A stretch of DNA of 64,000 nt from positions 71,565 through 135,564 of IMG/VR virus record IMGVR_UViG_3300015242_000020; one strand, 5' to 3'. A program made the position numbers and the translations under genes. The stretch comes from a virus. Positions 56,095-64,000 of the stretch are shown in pieces (position 1 is the stretch's first letter; every line of letters begins with the position of its first letter). The notes below the pieces were generated by a model, which ran no database searches, was not told the origin of the DNA, and saw nothing but the letters and a program-made list of their open reading frames with translations.

Positions 56095-58215
56095 TCAGTC
56101 CCCGGCCACGGTGTAGGACACCGACGGACCGGCGCCCTCCCTGTCAATGTGCTTGAGGCTGACCAGGTTGCGCAGCGGGTCGGAGATACTGCGCGGGGCC
56201 AGAGACAGGAAGTCTGCGATCTTTTGCGGGGTGTCATGGCCCTTGGCCACAGCGATGAAGACGCGCTTTTCGGTGTCGGAGATGTCGGTGGGCACATCCG
56301 GTAGGTGCTCGGCCGGGACCTGGGCGGCGGGGGAGTCCGGCTTGAACTCCGGGATCGGGGGCAACCCCAGGCTGCTGGTCACCACCGGTGTCTTGGCCGG
56401 CCTGGTCATCACCTGACCACCTTCGACCTGCGACTTCAGCCGCTCGTGCTGCCTGCGGGCGATCTCGTGCCGGTTGAGGTAGGAGTCTCCGGCATGATTG
56501 GCCGAGCCGGCATCCAGCTCGATGTGCGGCCACATCTCGAAGAACTCCTCCACCGCCGGGTGCAGCGCCTCCGGATGCTTGAGCTTCTCGTTCTTCATCA
56601 GCAGCCAACGCCCCCGGAACGGCGCGGTGCGGACCTTGTTGCCGTCGGCGTCGATCGTGCCCACGGTGTAGCCGTAGCCGGGGATCTTGGGCAGCTTGGT
56701 CGGGTCCAGAGTCAGCTCCGGGATCAGCATGGCGGCGATCCGGGACTTCAGCCGAAGCACGATCACGTTGCCCTCCTGGATGGTGGAGCGCAGCCGCTCC
56801 AGGCCACCGAAGATCCGCAGGTCAGAGTGCTGGGAGGAGAACAGGAACGCGATACCGAGCTTGCGGGTGGTGGCGGCCAGGTCCTCCAGCCGCTGCGCCC
56901 ACTCCTTGTTGCGGGCCATCACATGCGACTCGTCCAGGATCACCATGATGCCGGGGTAGTCCGGAGTCGGGGTGAAGCCGGGCACACCATCGACGATTAG
57001 CTTGTTCTGCCGGAAATGCGCGATGGCCTCCAGCGCGTCAAGCATGATCTCGAACTGATCGGAGCGCACGAACCAGTCAGCGGAGTTCTTCAGCGGCGCA
57101 GAGGAGGCACCGTTCTGTCCGTCGCAGTACCAGATGGTGGTGTCTCCCCGCGACCGCAGGCTGATCGCGATCTGGTCGATCATCCGGGACTTACCCGAGC
57201 CGGTGGATCCGACGATGAAGCCGCCCCACATGCCGTTCTCGGTGTAGGTCCGCCACAGAGCCTCCCCCTTGCCATCGGCGTAGGGGCCCAACAGGACCTG
57301 GCCCTCATCGATCCGGGGTAGATCAAAAAAGACCGGCTTCTTGATCGGGGAGTTGTTCACCACTTGCAGGACCCCGGCGTACTGCAGCTTCGGGTGCTGC
57401 TCCCAGATCAGGTCCTCCATCGGCTTGTTCAGTGCGTGCTTCAGCCGATCGAGCAGGCCATACACCGACTGCACCGTGATGGTGCCTTGGCGGGGCAGCG
57501 GGACCGTCCAGGCCTCGGTGTGGTTGGTGCGCTGGTAGTCCCCCAGCGGGATCCCCTCCAGCGTGCCGCTCTTGCAGGAGACGTAACGGGCCCACGCCAC
57601 CGGAATGGTCTCCCCCGGCGGGCGAACCTCCTCGGTCGCGGTGGGGTAGGGGTGACGGTGCCGGGGCCACCAGCGCAGGGCCACGGTCATCTCTGCAATC
57701 AGCAGGTAAAACGCCAGGGTCCAGTCCAGGCCGCGTACCGTGCACCAGCACAGCCATAGGCCGCCGAGCACCACCGCGAGGTCAGCCCATAGTCGCTCGT
57801 GGGAGCGGGCCTTCTTGGCCACCAGGTGGATCAGGGCCGCCAGGACGCCGCCGACCAGGGTGACCACCAGCAGGGTCAGCTCCGGGACGCTGTGGGAGAG
57901 CTGGCGGGCGTAGTAGAGCCCCTCTCCCAGACCGGCCAGTCCTCCGGCGATCAGGTGCGGATAGGCGGATTTACGGCATCGGTATAGCGCCGACTGCCGC
58001 TGCGCCCAGGAGAGCTTGACGACCTGCTGGGCAGGCGCGGCGGCCTGCTGCAGTGCAGCGACCGGCTTCTTGGTCTTGGGATCGATGTAGGTACCGGCCC
58101 GACGGTTGTCCCGAATCAGCTGCCGGGTCCCGTTCTTGACGATCTTGCGCTGGGCCGCCGCCACCTGGGCCGGAGAGAGCTTGGGAGACGCCTTGGTCCT
58201 GGGCTTGTTGGCCAC
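56095..58215 (-). CDS. TraB-like FtsK/SpoIIIE DNA translocase
   Basis: About four N-terminal TMs; Walker A GSTGSGKS; Walker B VILDESH; RKLGI...SQ; PGYGY; C-terminal winged helix. Confidence 0.85.
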   Translation of the reverse strand: MANKPRTKASPKLSPAQVAAAQRKIVKNGTRQLIRDNRRAGTYIDPKTKKPVAALQQAAAPAQQVVKLSWAQRQSALYRCRKSAYPHLIAGGLAGLGEGLYYARQLSHSVPELTLLVVTLVGGVLAALIHLVAKKARSHERLWADLAVVLGGLWLCWCTVRGLDWTLAFYLLIAEMTVALRWWPRHRHPYPTATEEVRPPGETIPVAWARYVSCKSGTLEGIPLGDYQRTNHTEAWTVPLPRQGTITVQSVYGLLDRLKHALNKPMEDLIWEQHPKLQYAGVLQVVNNSPIKKPVFFDLPRIDEGQVLLGPYADGKGEALWRTYTENGMWGGFIVGSTGSGKSRMIDQIAISLRSRGDTTIWYCDGQNGASSAPLKNSADWFVRSDQFEIMLDALEAIAHFRQNKLIVDGVPGFTPTPDYPGIMVILDESHVMARNKEWAQRLEDLAATTRKLGIAFLFSSQHSDLRIFGGLERLRSTIQEGNVIVLRLKSRIAAMLIPELTLDPTKLPKIPGYGYTVGTIDADGNKVRTAPFRGRWLLMKNEKLKHPEALHPAVEEFFEMWPHIELDAGSANHAGDSYLNRHEIARRQHERLKSQVEGGQVMTRPAKTPVVTSSLGLPPIPEFKPDSPAAQVPAEHLPDVPTDISDTEKRVFIAVAKGHDTPQKIADFLSLAPRSISDPLRNLVSLKHIDREGAGPSVSYTVAGD

Positions 58216-58267
58216 GCGTTATCCCTCCCTGGTGCTCTCTCCGGCTGTGGTGCGGTGTGCTGTGGGG

Positions 58268-59827
58268 CTACTCGCCCCGGATGAAATCCTCGCGACCCAC
58301 CGCTCCCGCCACGGCGTTCATCGAGTCGGCGACCGGTCCGCGAGTAGCCAGCTCGTCGTAGACGTCAGACGCGGCGGCGGTGGATGCCGCAAGCAGGTCC
58401 TGCAACTTGGCCAGGTGCTCGTGCACCGGACCGCCGACCTCGTTCTGCGAGAGACTGGCGGCGAACTGCTCGACTTTCTGGGCCAGCTCCGGGAAGTAGT
58501 TCTTCAGTTCCTCGGCGTGGTCGAGTGCGGTGGAGAGGCCGGTGACCTCTCCGGTTGATGTGGTCATGGAGCGTGTCCTTTCGGCGGACGGTTGTACTGC
58601 ATCCCGAGGTCCGTCCTCGGAAGTCTGTGAGCGCACCACTCCGTCGTAATCGGGAGTGTCATCGCGGGTGACTATCTGGGTGTGATGTCGGCCGAGGTAC
58701 CCCTCGTCGCCATCGTCGGTGGTGATCCAGGTGCCCTCGTCATCGTGATGCACCTCGGTGATGAATGTTCCGTCGCTGAGCTGATCTCCCTGCCGCAGCT
58801 CGGCGACGGGGACTCGGATCTTGCCGGCGGCGGCCAGGAAGCGCTCGGGATTGAACCTAGGGACCGAGTTCTGCAGGTGATCGATCAGATCATGGGCCAG
58901 CGGGGTGCCGTGTTCGGCCTCGTATGCACGCGTGGCCTCGGCCAGGAAGGTGAGCTTTCCTCCGGTGTACTTCGGGGACGCGGTGCCACCCCGGACCTGG
59001 TAGTCCGGCGTTGAGGCGGCCTCGATGAACTGCTGTGGCCGGAATGCCGCGTTGCCGCTGTCGCGCAACTCGGCGGCGAAGAATCGGCCGAGCAGCTCGC
59101 GATCTTGGCGCCGGGAGATGAACGCGGCGAGGTCCTCGTACTCCTTGCGCCCCCAGCCACTGCCGGGACGTACCAGGACTTGCGCGCCGGAGGGCTCGAC
59201 CGCTACCCGCCCGCGCTTCTCGTACTCCTCATCCCATAGCCCCGGCCAGCCAATCAGGGCCGGCCGAACGCCGTGCTTGCGGACGTAGTTACGCAGCTCT
59301 GTGAGCTGCTCGTGCTCGATGGTGCCGGGGGTCTGATGGCGCAGCTCGGCGACGATCTCGTCCTCGGTGTGCGCGCCGATGTATCCGGAGGAAGCCAGCG
59401 CCTCCAGCGCCCGATGGGTGGAGGGTCCCTGCCACTGAGCGGCGGCGACCCGAGCCTGGGCGTCGGGGGGCGTGTTCACGCCGGAGAGAGGGGCTTGCTT
59501 GAGCTTGACCGTCCGGTCGTACACGGCCAGCGCCTCGTCCTCGGTGAAGTCCTTCAGGAACGCTGAGTACTCATCCCGGGTCGCGGTGTAGGGATCCTCG
59601 TAGCCGTCGGGATCGGAGTACCAGCCGTGGGTGCCGTCGAAGTCGGAGGAGGAGTAGCTGGTGAGGCCACGCTGGGACAGCTCGTGGTGCACCGCCTCGG
59701 CGAGGGTCTCGTCTTCGTCGGGATCGATCTCGATGTCCTCGTCGAACTCGCGGATCTTGGTCGGCTCGTCGGCGTCCTCTTCCCAGGGCGCATACCGGTC
59801 GGTGTGCAGATGCAGGGTGCGACTCAT
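58268..59827 (-). CDS. Mosaic multi-module protein ending in a TGEV helical domain
   Basis: Open frame from ATG 59827; modules shared with 7139-9214, 9244-11265 and 59863-60768; internal RBS+ATG at 58567. Confidence 0.75.
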   Translation of the reverse strand: MSRTLHLHTDRYAPWEEDADEPTKIREFDEDIEIDPDEDETLAEAVHHELSQRGLTSYSSSDFDGTHGWYSDPDGYEDPYTATRDEYSAFLKDFTEDEALAVYDRTVKLKQAPLSGVNTPPDAQARVAAAQWQGPSTHRALEALASSGYIGAHTEDEIVAELRHQTPGTIEHEQLTELRNYVRKHGVRPALIGWPGLWDEEYEKRGRVAVEPSGAQVLVRPGSGWGRKEYEDLAAFISRRQDRELLGRFFAAELRDSGNAAFRPQQFIEAASTPDYQVRGGTASPKYTGGKLTFLAEATRAYEAEHGTPLAHDLIDHLQNSVPRFNPERFLAAAGKIRVPVAELRQGDQLSDGTFITEVHHDDEGTWITTDDGDEGYLGRHHTQIVTRDDTPDYDGVVRSQTSEDGPRDAVQPSAERTRSMTTSTGEVTGLSTALDHAEELKNYFPELAQKVEQFAASLSQNEVGGPVHEHLAKLQDLLAASTAAASDVYDELATRGPVADSMNAVAGAVGREDFIRGE

Positions 59828-59862
59828 CAGGGACTCCAACACACGTCAGGGTTTGGATACAT

Positions 59863-60768
59863 CTATCCAGCCTTGTCCTGCAGGAATCCCTGAGTGCCGG
59901 CTGGACCCTCGACATTACTATAAGAATCCTTGACAACCAACCGCGTGCCCAGCTCCTTGCCTGCTGCCTGCGCCTCGTACTCGGCGGCGTTGGTCGCGCT
60001 CCAGGTCTCCCCCAGATGCTCCAGCACCGGACCGTCGACCTTGTAGGTGGTGTGCAGGGTGTCGTAGAGGGCCTCGATCCTGCGACAGGTGTTGTGCAGG
60101 GTCTGCGCGAGCAGCTCGCAGTAGTCGATGGCCTGGGTCAGGGAGAAGACCTCACCAGTCGGAGCCGACTCCGGCAGCTGGCTCTCGGTGGCACCAGATA
60201 CTTCTATCCGATCCGGTGAGATAGAAGTATCTGACTCATCGGAGAGGTCCGTCTGAGCGGTCCGGTGTGGGATCGCCACCGGGACCGACCGGACCGCCTG
60301 CGGGTCACCCTCGATGGTCTCCGGGAATCCGGTCCGCTCCGCTGCCGCGTTTCGCTGATCCAGCGAGCTGTCCTCGTAGTCGTCCTCGATCGGGGTGTAG
60401 TCCGGGTCTGACCCTCCACCGGACCGGCGAGCCTTGCGGTCCGCCTGTCGAGCGGTCCGGCGCTCCATCCGGTCCCTGGTCCGGTCCTCGGCCTTTTGGA
60501 CCTTATAGGGCCGCTTGACCTGGTGCTTGGCGGACCGCTTGGCGTGGGCCTGCTCGGAGGCGTCGTGCAGCAGACCGGAGAAGTACCGGCCCACCCCGGT
60601 CCGGGGGACCGACTTGCCGCCGTTGCCGGCCCGCTGGCGCAGCTTGGCCATCCGGTACTCGTGGCTCGGCGGGTACTTCCCCCGCAGCGTGAAGGGCAGG
60701 TCGATCAGGTCCTTCAGCGAGCCCTTGGCCGCGATATAGACGATCAGCCACCACAGTGCGATCTCCAT
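59863..60768 (-). CDS. Transfer-module protein (N-terminal hydrophobic, basic middle, TGEV helical C-terminus)
   Basis: C-terminal TGEVFSL...VDGPVLEHL...GF matches 58268-58567. Confidence 0.7.
   Translation of the reverse strand: MEIALWWLIVYIAAKGSLKDLIDLPFTLRGKYPPSHEYRMAKLRQRAGNGGKSVPRTGVGRYFSGLLHDASEQAHAKRSAKHQVKRPYKVQKAEDRTRDRMERRTARQADRKARRSGGGSDPDYTPIEDDYEDSSLDQRNAAAERTGFPETIEGDPQAVRSVPVAIPHRTAQTDLSDESDTSISPDRIEVSGATESQLPESAPTGEVFSLTQAIDYCELLAQTLHNTCRRIEALYDTLHTTYKVDGPVLEHLGETWSATNAAEYEAQAAGKELGTRLVVKDSYSNVEGPAGTQGFLQDKAG
60258..60611. repeat. Cluster of GGACCG/CGGTCC hexamers (candidate clt-like site)
   Basis: 12 copies in 354 bp, counted by eye. Confidence 0.55.
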
Positions 60769-60771
60769 GGC

Positions 60772-61206
60772 CTACCAGCCCGCTGCCAGGTCTTGGACGG
60801 TCTGGATGACCGTGTTCATGATCGAGGTGGTGGCGTGGTTGGCGTCCACCGACAGCAGCGCCCAGGAACCCCCGGCGGCCGTCAGGATGGCCGGCAGGAT
60901 GAACATCAGGAAGTCGGCGGCATTGTGGCCACTGGCGCCCTTGGGGATCAGCTTGAAGAACAGCCAGATCGCCAGTCCGAGCAGCAGCAGCAACGGGGTC
61001 GCGGTGCCGAAGAACTTGGCGCTGGTGACGTCGGTGGCGTGCTCCAGCAGGTGCACCACCTTCAGCACGATCTTATCGATCGCGCCGAGGCCGAGAGTGG
61101 CGCCGGCACCGAAAAACATCCAGGCCCGGATCCGAGGGATCTTGCCCTCGAACCGGGCGATGAGGGCGGCCACAAAGAGCACCGCGCCGATAGAGGCAAC
61201 AGGCAT
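60772..61206 (-). CDS. Multi-TM membrane protein (Spd-like)
   Basis: About four TMs; GAAGGA RBS. Confidence 0.7.
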   Translation of the reverse strand: MPVASIGAVLFVAALIARFEGKIPRIRAWMFFGAGATLGLGAIDKIVLKVVHLLEHATDVTSAKFFGTATPLLLLLGLAIWLFFKLIPKGASGHNAADFLMFILPAILTAAGGSWALLSVDANHATTSIMNTVIQTVQDLAAGW

Positions 61207-61230
61207 CAGGGGAATCCTTCCGTACGTGCG

Positions 61231-61632
61231 TTACCAGGGGTGAGGGAGAAAGCGGCCAAAGGGGGTCAGGGACAGCACCGCCCACAGCGCCCAGGTCGCC
61301 AGCAGCCGGGTGGGCCGCTCCACGATCCAGTCGGCGTAGGCCAGCAGGGCCCGTACCGGCAGTGCCAGCACGGCGTAGACGAGCAGCGCGAGCCGGGCCA
61401 GTCCCTCCGGCGGGGCGGAGCCACCGTGGTGCAGGTAGCGCCAGGTGTCGGCCAGTCCGGGGCGACCCTTGGCGACCACTTCGGGCGGACGGAACTCGGA
61501 GGTGAACCAGGCCAGCAGGTCTCTATACGCGCGCGTGCGTGACGGGCTGGTGCGTTGGCCCAGAAATCCGACTTCCGAGTTGGCTTCCTCCGCCGAGTTG
61601 CCGAGTTGCTCGTGCATGGTCAGATCAGTCAT
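61231..61632 (-). CDS. Membrane protein (AICE transfer-region type)
   Basis: RPP...LA..W.Y...ALPV...WIVERPTRL; two TMs. Confidence 0.65.
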   Translation of the reverse strand: MTDLTMHEQLGNSAEEANSEVGFLGQRTSPSRTRAYRDLLAWFTSEFRPPEVVAKGRPGLADTWRYLHHGGSAPPEGLARLALLVYAVLALPVRALLAYADWIVERPTRLLATWALWAVLSLTPFGRFLPHPW

Positions 61633-61865
61633 GCCCGCTCCTTCGCTATCCGCCAGGCCATCAGCCGGGCTGCTGAGTCGGCGAGCTGGGTCACGATGAT
61701 GTCGGCCTCGGTCGCTATGGCCTCCTCGCTGGACACCGCGATGGCGGCCCTGAGGTGGTCATAGGCGACCGCGATCCGGGCCTTGGGGGTCTTGGCCAGG
61801 GGGAGCCGTTCGGTGAACGCCAAGGTGCGCCTACGGGCTCGGCCGGCCGGGGAGATGCCGGGCAT
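61629..61865 (-). CDS. Small hypothetical protein
   Basis: R.AVAYDHLRA; translationally coupled. Confidence 0.6.
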   Translation of the reverse strand: MPGISPAGRARRRTLAFTERLPLAKTPKARIAVAYDHLRAAIAVSSEEAIATEADIIVTQLADSAARLMAWRIAKERA

Positions 61866-62098
61866 TACTTGGCCGCCCGGAAGTTCATGAGCACAGCCCG
61901 GTTACCCCGGTTGCGCAGCCGCAGCTCATACCGACTCAACGCGTGCTCCTTGTCGCCGTTGAAGCTCTTCATCGCATCCAGCAAGATCTGCCGCAGATCC
62001 TTGGCGTTGTTCGGGTCGACGTAGGACTGGAAGGTCTTGCGCACTCCGCCGCGCCAGGCCAGGTCGATGTCGTAGATGCCGGGCTTGAGAGTGGCCAT
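61865..62098 (-). CDS. Small hypothetical protein
   Basis: Coupled on both sides (TGATG/TAATG). Confidence 0.6.
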   Translation of the reverse strand: MATLKPGIYDIDLAWRGGVRKTFQSYVDPNNAKDLRQILLDAMKSFNGDKEHALSRYELRLRNRGNRAVLMNFRAAK

Positions 62099-62985
62099 CA
62101 GGCGCCTCCCACCACGTGCAGGCCGCGCTGGTCGCGCTCGTGCTTGAGCACCGCCACCAGCTTGTTGGCGCGGTCGGTGGAGATCGAGATGTTGTTGCCC
62201 CGGAACTCCGCGAGCAGCTTGTTCCGGGAGAGGTTGCCGTTCAGCTTCCGGGAGACCTCCCGGCCGGCGTCTTTGACGTCCTCCAGGCCAGCCCAGCTGG
62301 GTGTCTCCGGTGCCGCGTGCCGGGCCGGGTAGGGCTCGACCGGAGCGGTCTTGGGTGCCGGCCGGACCGGCAGCGTGTCCGGCAGCGGGTCACCAGTGAC
62401 CGGAGTGGGCAGGACCGAGGCGGGGACCGGGCTCGGGTGGACCTCGCTGGTCCGGTCCGGCTCGGCGGCCACTCGCCCGATCGTGGCGGTCAGGGCGTTG
62501 CGCAGTCGGGGAGCAGAGGACACCACCAGGAAGACACCCACCACTGGGACCGAGTGCAGCAGGACCAGTCGAGCGTTGAGGTCCGACCAGGCGGACCAGG
62601 TGTTCATCAGATAGGTCATAGTCAGCGCTCCCCACTTGACCGCCAGACCGGCGGTCGGGGTCCGGCCCCCGTGGGAGGAGATGATCTGGTCCACCAGCAG
62701 GACCGCCACTAGAGGCAGCGCCACGGTGGGGTCCAGTCCCCAGGCGAACCACCAGGTCAGGGAGCCGACCGGGGCGCCGTGAGCGGCGAACTGCTGCACG
62801 TTGGAGGCGGTGTAGGACAGGCCGATGACCACGGCCGTCCAGATCACCAGGTTGAAGAGGGTGCGCTGCCGCTCGATGGTGAGGGCCCGGACGTGCGGGC
62901 TCTGCTGGGCGGTGCGCACCTCGGCGGCCTCGGCGGCAGCGCTCTTCAGCCGGGCGGCACGGGTGGGAGACACACTCTCGGTCAC
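62098..62985 (-). CDS. SpdA/DUF2637-like membrane protein with C-terminal DNA-binding-like helices
   Basis: Four TMs, AWGLDP, LHSVP, Pro-rich linker, LSRNKL...ISTDRANKL; GTG 62985 after GAGAGGG. Confidence 0.65.
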   Translation of the reverse strand: MTESVSPTRAARLKSAAAEAAEVRTAQQSPHVRALTIERQRTLFNLVIWTAVVIGLSYTASNVQQFAAHGAPVGSLTWWFAWGLDPTVALPLVAVLLVDQIISSHGGRTPTAGLAVKWGALTMTYLMNTWSAWSDLNARLVLLHSVPVVGVFLVVSSAPRLRNALTATIGRVAAEPDRTSEVHPSPVPASVLPTPVTGDPLPDTLPVRPAPKTAPVEPYPARHAAPETPSWAGLEDVKDAGREVSRKLNGNLSRNKLLAEFRGNNISISTDRANKLVAVLKHERDQRGLHVVGGA

Positions 62986-63098
62986 CGTTCGGTCCCTCTC
63001 GGTTGTCGGACAGCGGAAAGCTGATGGTACGACCCGAGAGTGGAGATTGATCGGCTTGGTTCGAAGTTTTCCTCGAACTATTCCGGGCAAGTATAGCG

Positions 63099-63135
63099 GA
63101 CCGGACCGGTCCAAGGATGTTGGACCGGTCCGGTC
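63099..63135. promoter_or_regulatory. Perfect 16-bp inverted repeat upstream of the transfer operon
   Basis: GACCGGACCGGTCCAA-ggatg-TTGGACCGGTCCGGTC; TATACT on the minus strand at 63090-63095. Confidence 0.65.
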
Positions 63136-63180
63136 TTCTGAGCGTGGAGAGATAGAAGTATGCGCTGCCTCCCGGTCATG

Positions 63181-63966
63181 TCACCTACGTATGTCGAGCT
63201 TCCTTTGCAACTTGACCATCTCCAGACCACTCATCTTGCGTCCGCTCGGCAGAGTGAATTCCTGCTTCAGATCCACATTGGTCGCACCGACCCACATCAG
63301 GTACTTGACGTCTTCCTGGCGGATGTCCTCCGACCGATCAGACTGAACCCTCTCTTCGGGCTCGGACGACAAACCGAAGGCCTGGTCGAGTGATTCGAGG
63401 ACAACCCGGGTGTGCTCCTTGGCGGACAGACCGGAGACCTCGACCTCGACCTGGATCCGATTCTGCTCGATCCGCCTCCACTTGGCCGCGATCGCAGCGA
63501 TCCCCTCGACACAGTCCTTGAGCGGGTCGGAGGTGGTCCGAACATGCTGATGAGGACCGGACGTGCCCTCCAGAACGGCCAGCCGTTTGGCCTCCACCCA
63601 GAGCGTCTCAGCGGTGGATCGGCTCTCGGCGGGAATGGAGTAGTACTCCCGGCGGGCCTTCTCCATCAGTCCGGCCAGTGATCCGTGCAACGTGATGCGA
63701 GCCCGGTAGCTGGCAATGCGCAGGCCGAGCAATGTCAGGAAGATCGCGGCATAGGCCACTGCCACGATGAGATGAAAAGGCTGCGGCGGCACCGGGACAA
63801 GCAGAGATGACATCAGGCCACCGACGCCGTAGAGGAGAAATATCCACGGCCAGGCGTCCTTCGGCACAGCAGCACCGGCTCGGACGAACCGGCCCGCGTT
63901 CGGCTTGGTGAGCTGGTACCTGTCCGGACTGCTCCCCGGTCGGGGGATGGATCCTCGATAGCCCAT
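63181..63966 (-). CDS. Membrane protein
   Basis: Two TMs then a helical region. Confidence 0.65.
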   Translation of the reverse strand: MGYRGSIPRPGSSPDRYQLTKPNAGRFVRAGAAVPKDAWPWIFLLYGVGGLMSSLLVPVPPQPFHLIVAVAYAAIFLTLLGLRIASYRARITLHGSLAGLMEKARREYYSIPAESRSTAETLWVEAKRLAVLEGTSGPHQHVRTTSDPLKDCVEGIAAIAAKWRRIEQNRIQVEVEVSGLSAKEHTRVVLESLDQAFGLSSEPEERVQSDRSEDIRQEDVKYLMWVGATNVDLKQEFTLPSGRKMSGLEMVKLQRKLDIRR

Positions 63967-64000
63967 GATCAGGACCTCCAGGTCAGAGATAGAAGTATCT

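Larger units (their letters stand above)
1809..59933. repeat. Dispersed quasi-palindrome family B, CTAAG-N4-CTTAG (about 12 copies)
   Basis: Copies at 1809, 4088, 11635, 14722, 15762, 19002, 22897, 26290, 49796, 51244, 55395, 59920. Confidence 0.7.
4559..64000. repeat. Dispersed quasi-palindrome family A, AGATAS-WW-STATCT (about 19 copies)
   Basis: Copies at 4559, 11046, 14081, 18768, 21720, 26802, 29186, 31104, 37561, 42632, 43783, 47609, 49322, 52019, 59855, 60196, 60219, 63150, 63987. Confidence 0.75.

Noticed and set aside
62986-63114. N-terminal extension of the SpdA-like ORF as called in the ORF track
   Set aside because: Runs through the promoter and inverted repeat; GTG 62985 has the better RBS.

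Overview
A 64-kb internal segment of a large, GC-rich tailed actinobacterial phage (or phage-plasmid/prophage). Gene content and order resemble the large Bxz1-type (cluster C-like) actinophages; this is judged from memory, not from a search. All called genes are on the minus strand except one free-standing HNH endonuclease. In transcription order (right to left): (i) an actinomycete plasmid/AICE-style transfer module with an SpdA/DUF2637-like protein, small membrane proteins and a TraB-like FtsK/SpoIIIE translocase with C-terminal winged helix, followed by a membrane hydrolase and DinG; (ii) a collagen-like membrane protein and a holin-like protein; (iii) a self-contained replisome and recombination block (5'-3' exonuclease, DnaC-like loader, DnaB, DnaG, SSB, DnaE, RecA, Cas4-like nuclease, two resolvases) with an embedded endolysin; (iv) sigma-like regulator, DUF932 and large terminase; (v) about 15 kb of small accessory genes; (vi) modular head-region proteins around the portal, carrying 2H-phosphoesterase, ART-like and GNAT domains. 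Most notable: the TraB-type module inside a phage with a dense GGACCG repeat cluster, a mosaic protein beside TraB that shares modules with head-region proteins, and two window-wide families of 14-bp palindromes (AGATAS-WW-STATCT and CTAAG-N4-CTTAG). No tRNA, rRNA, CRISPR array or integrase was found. Product calls come from motif recognition by eye.
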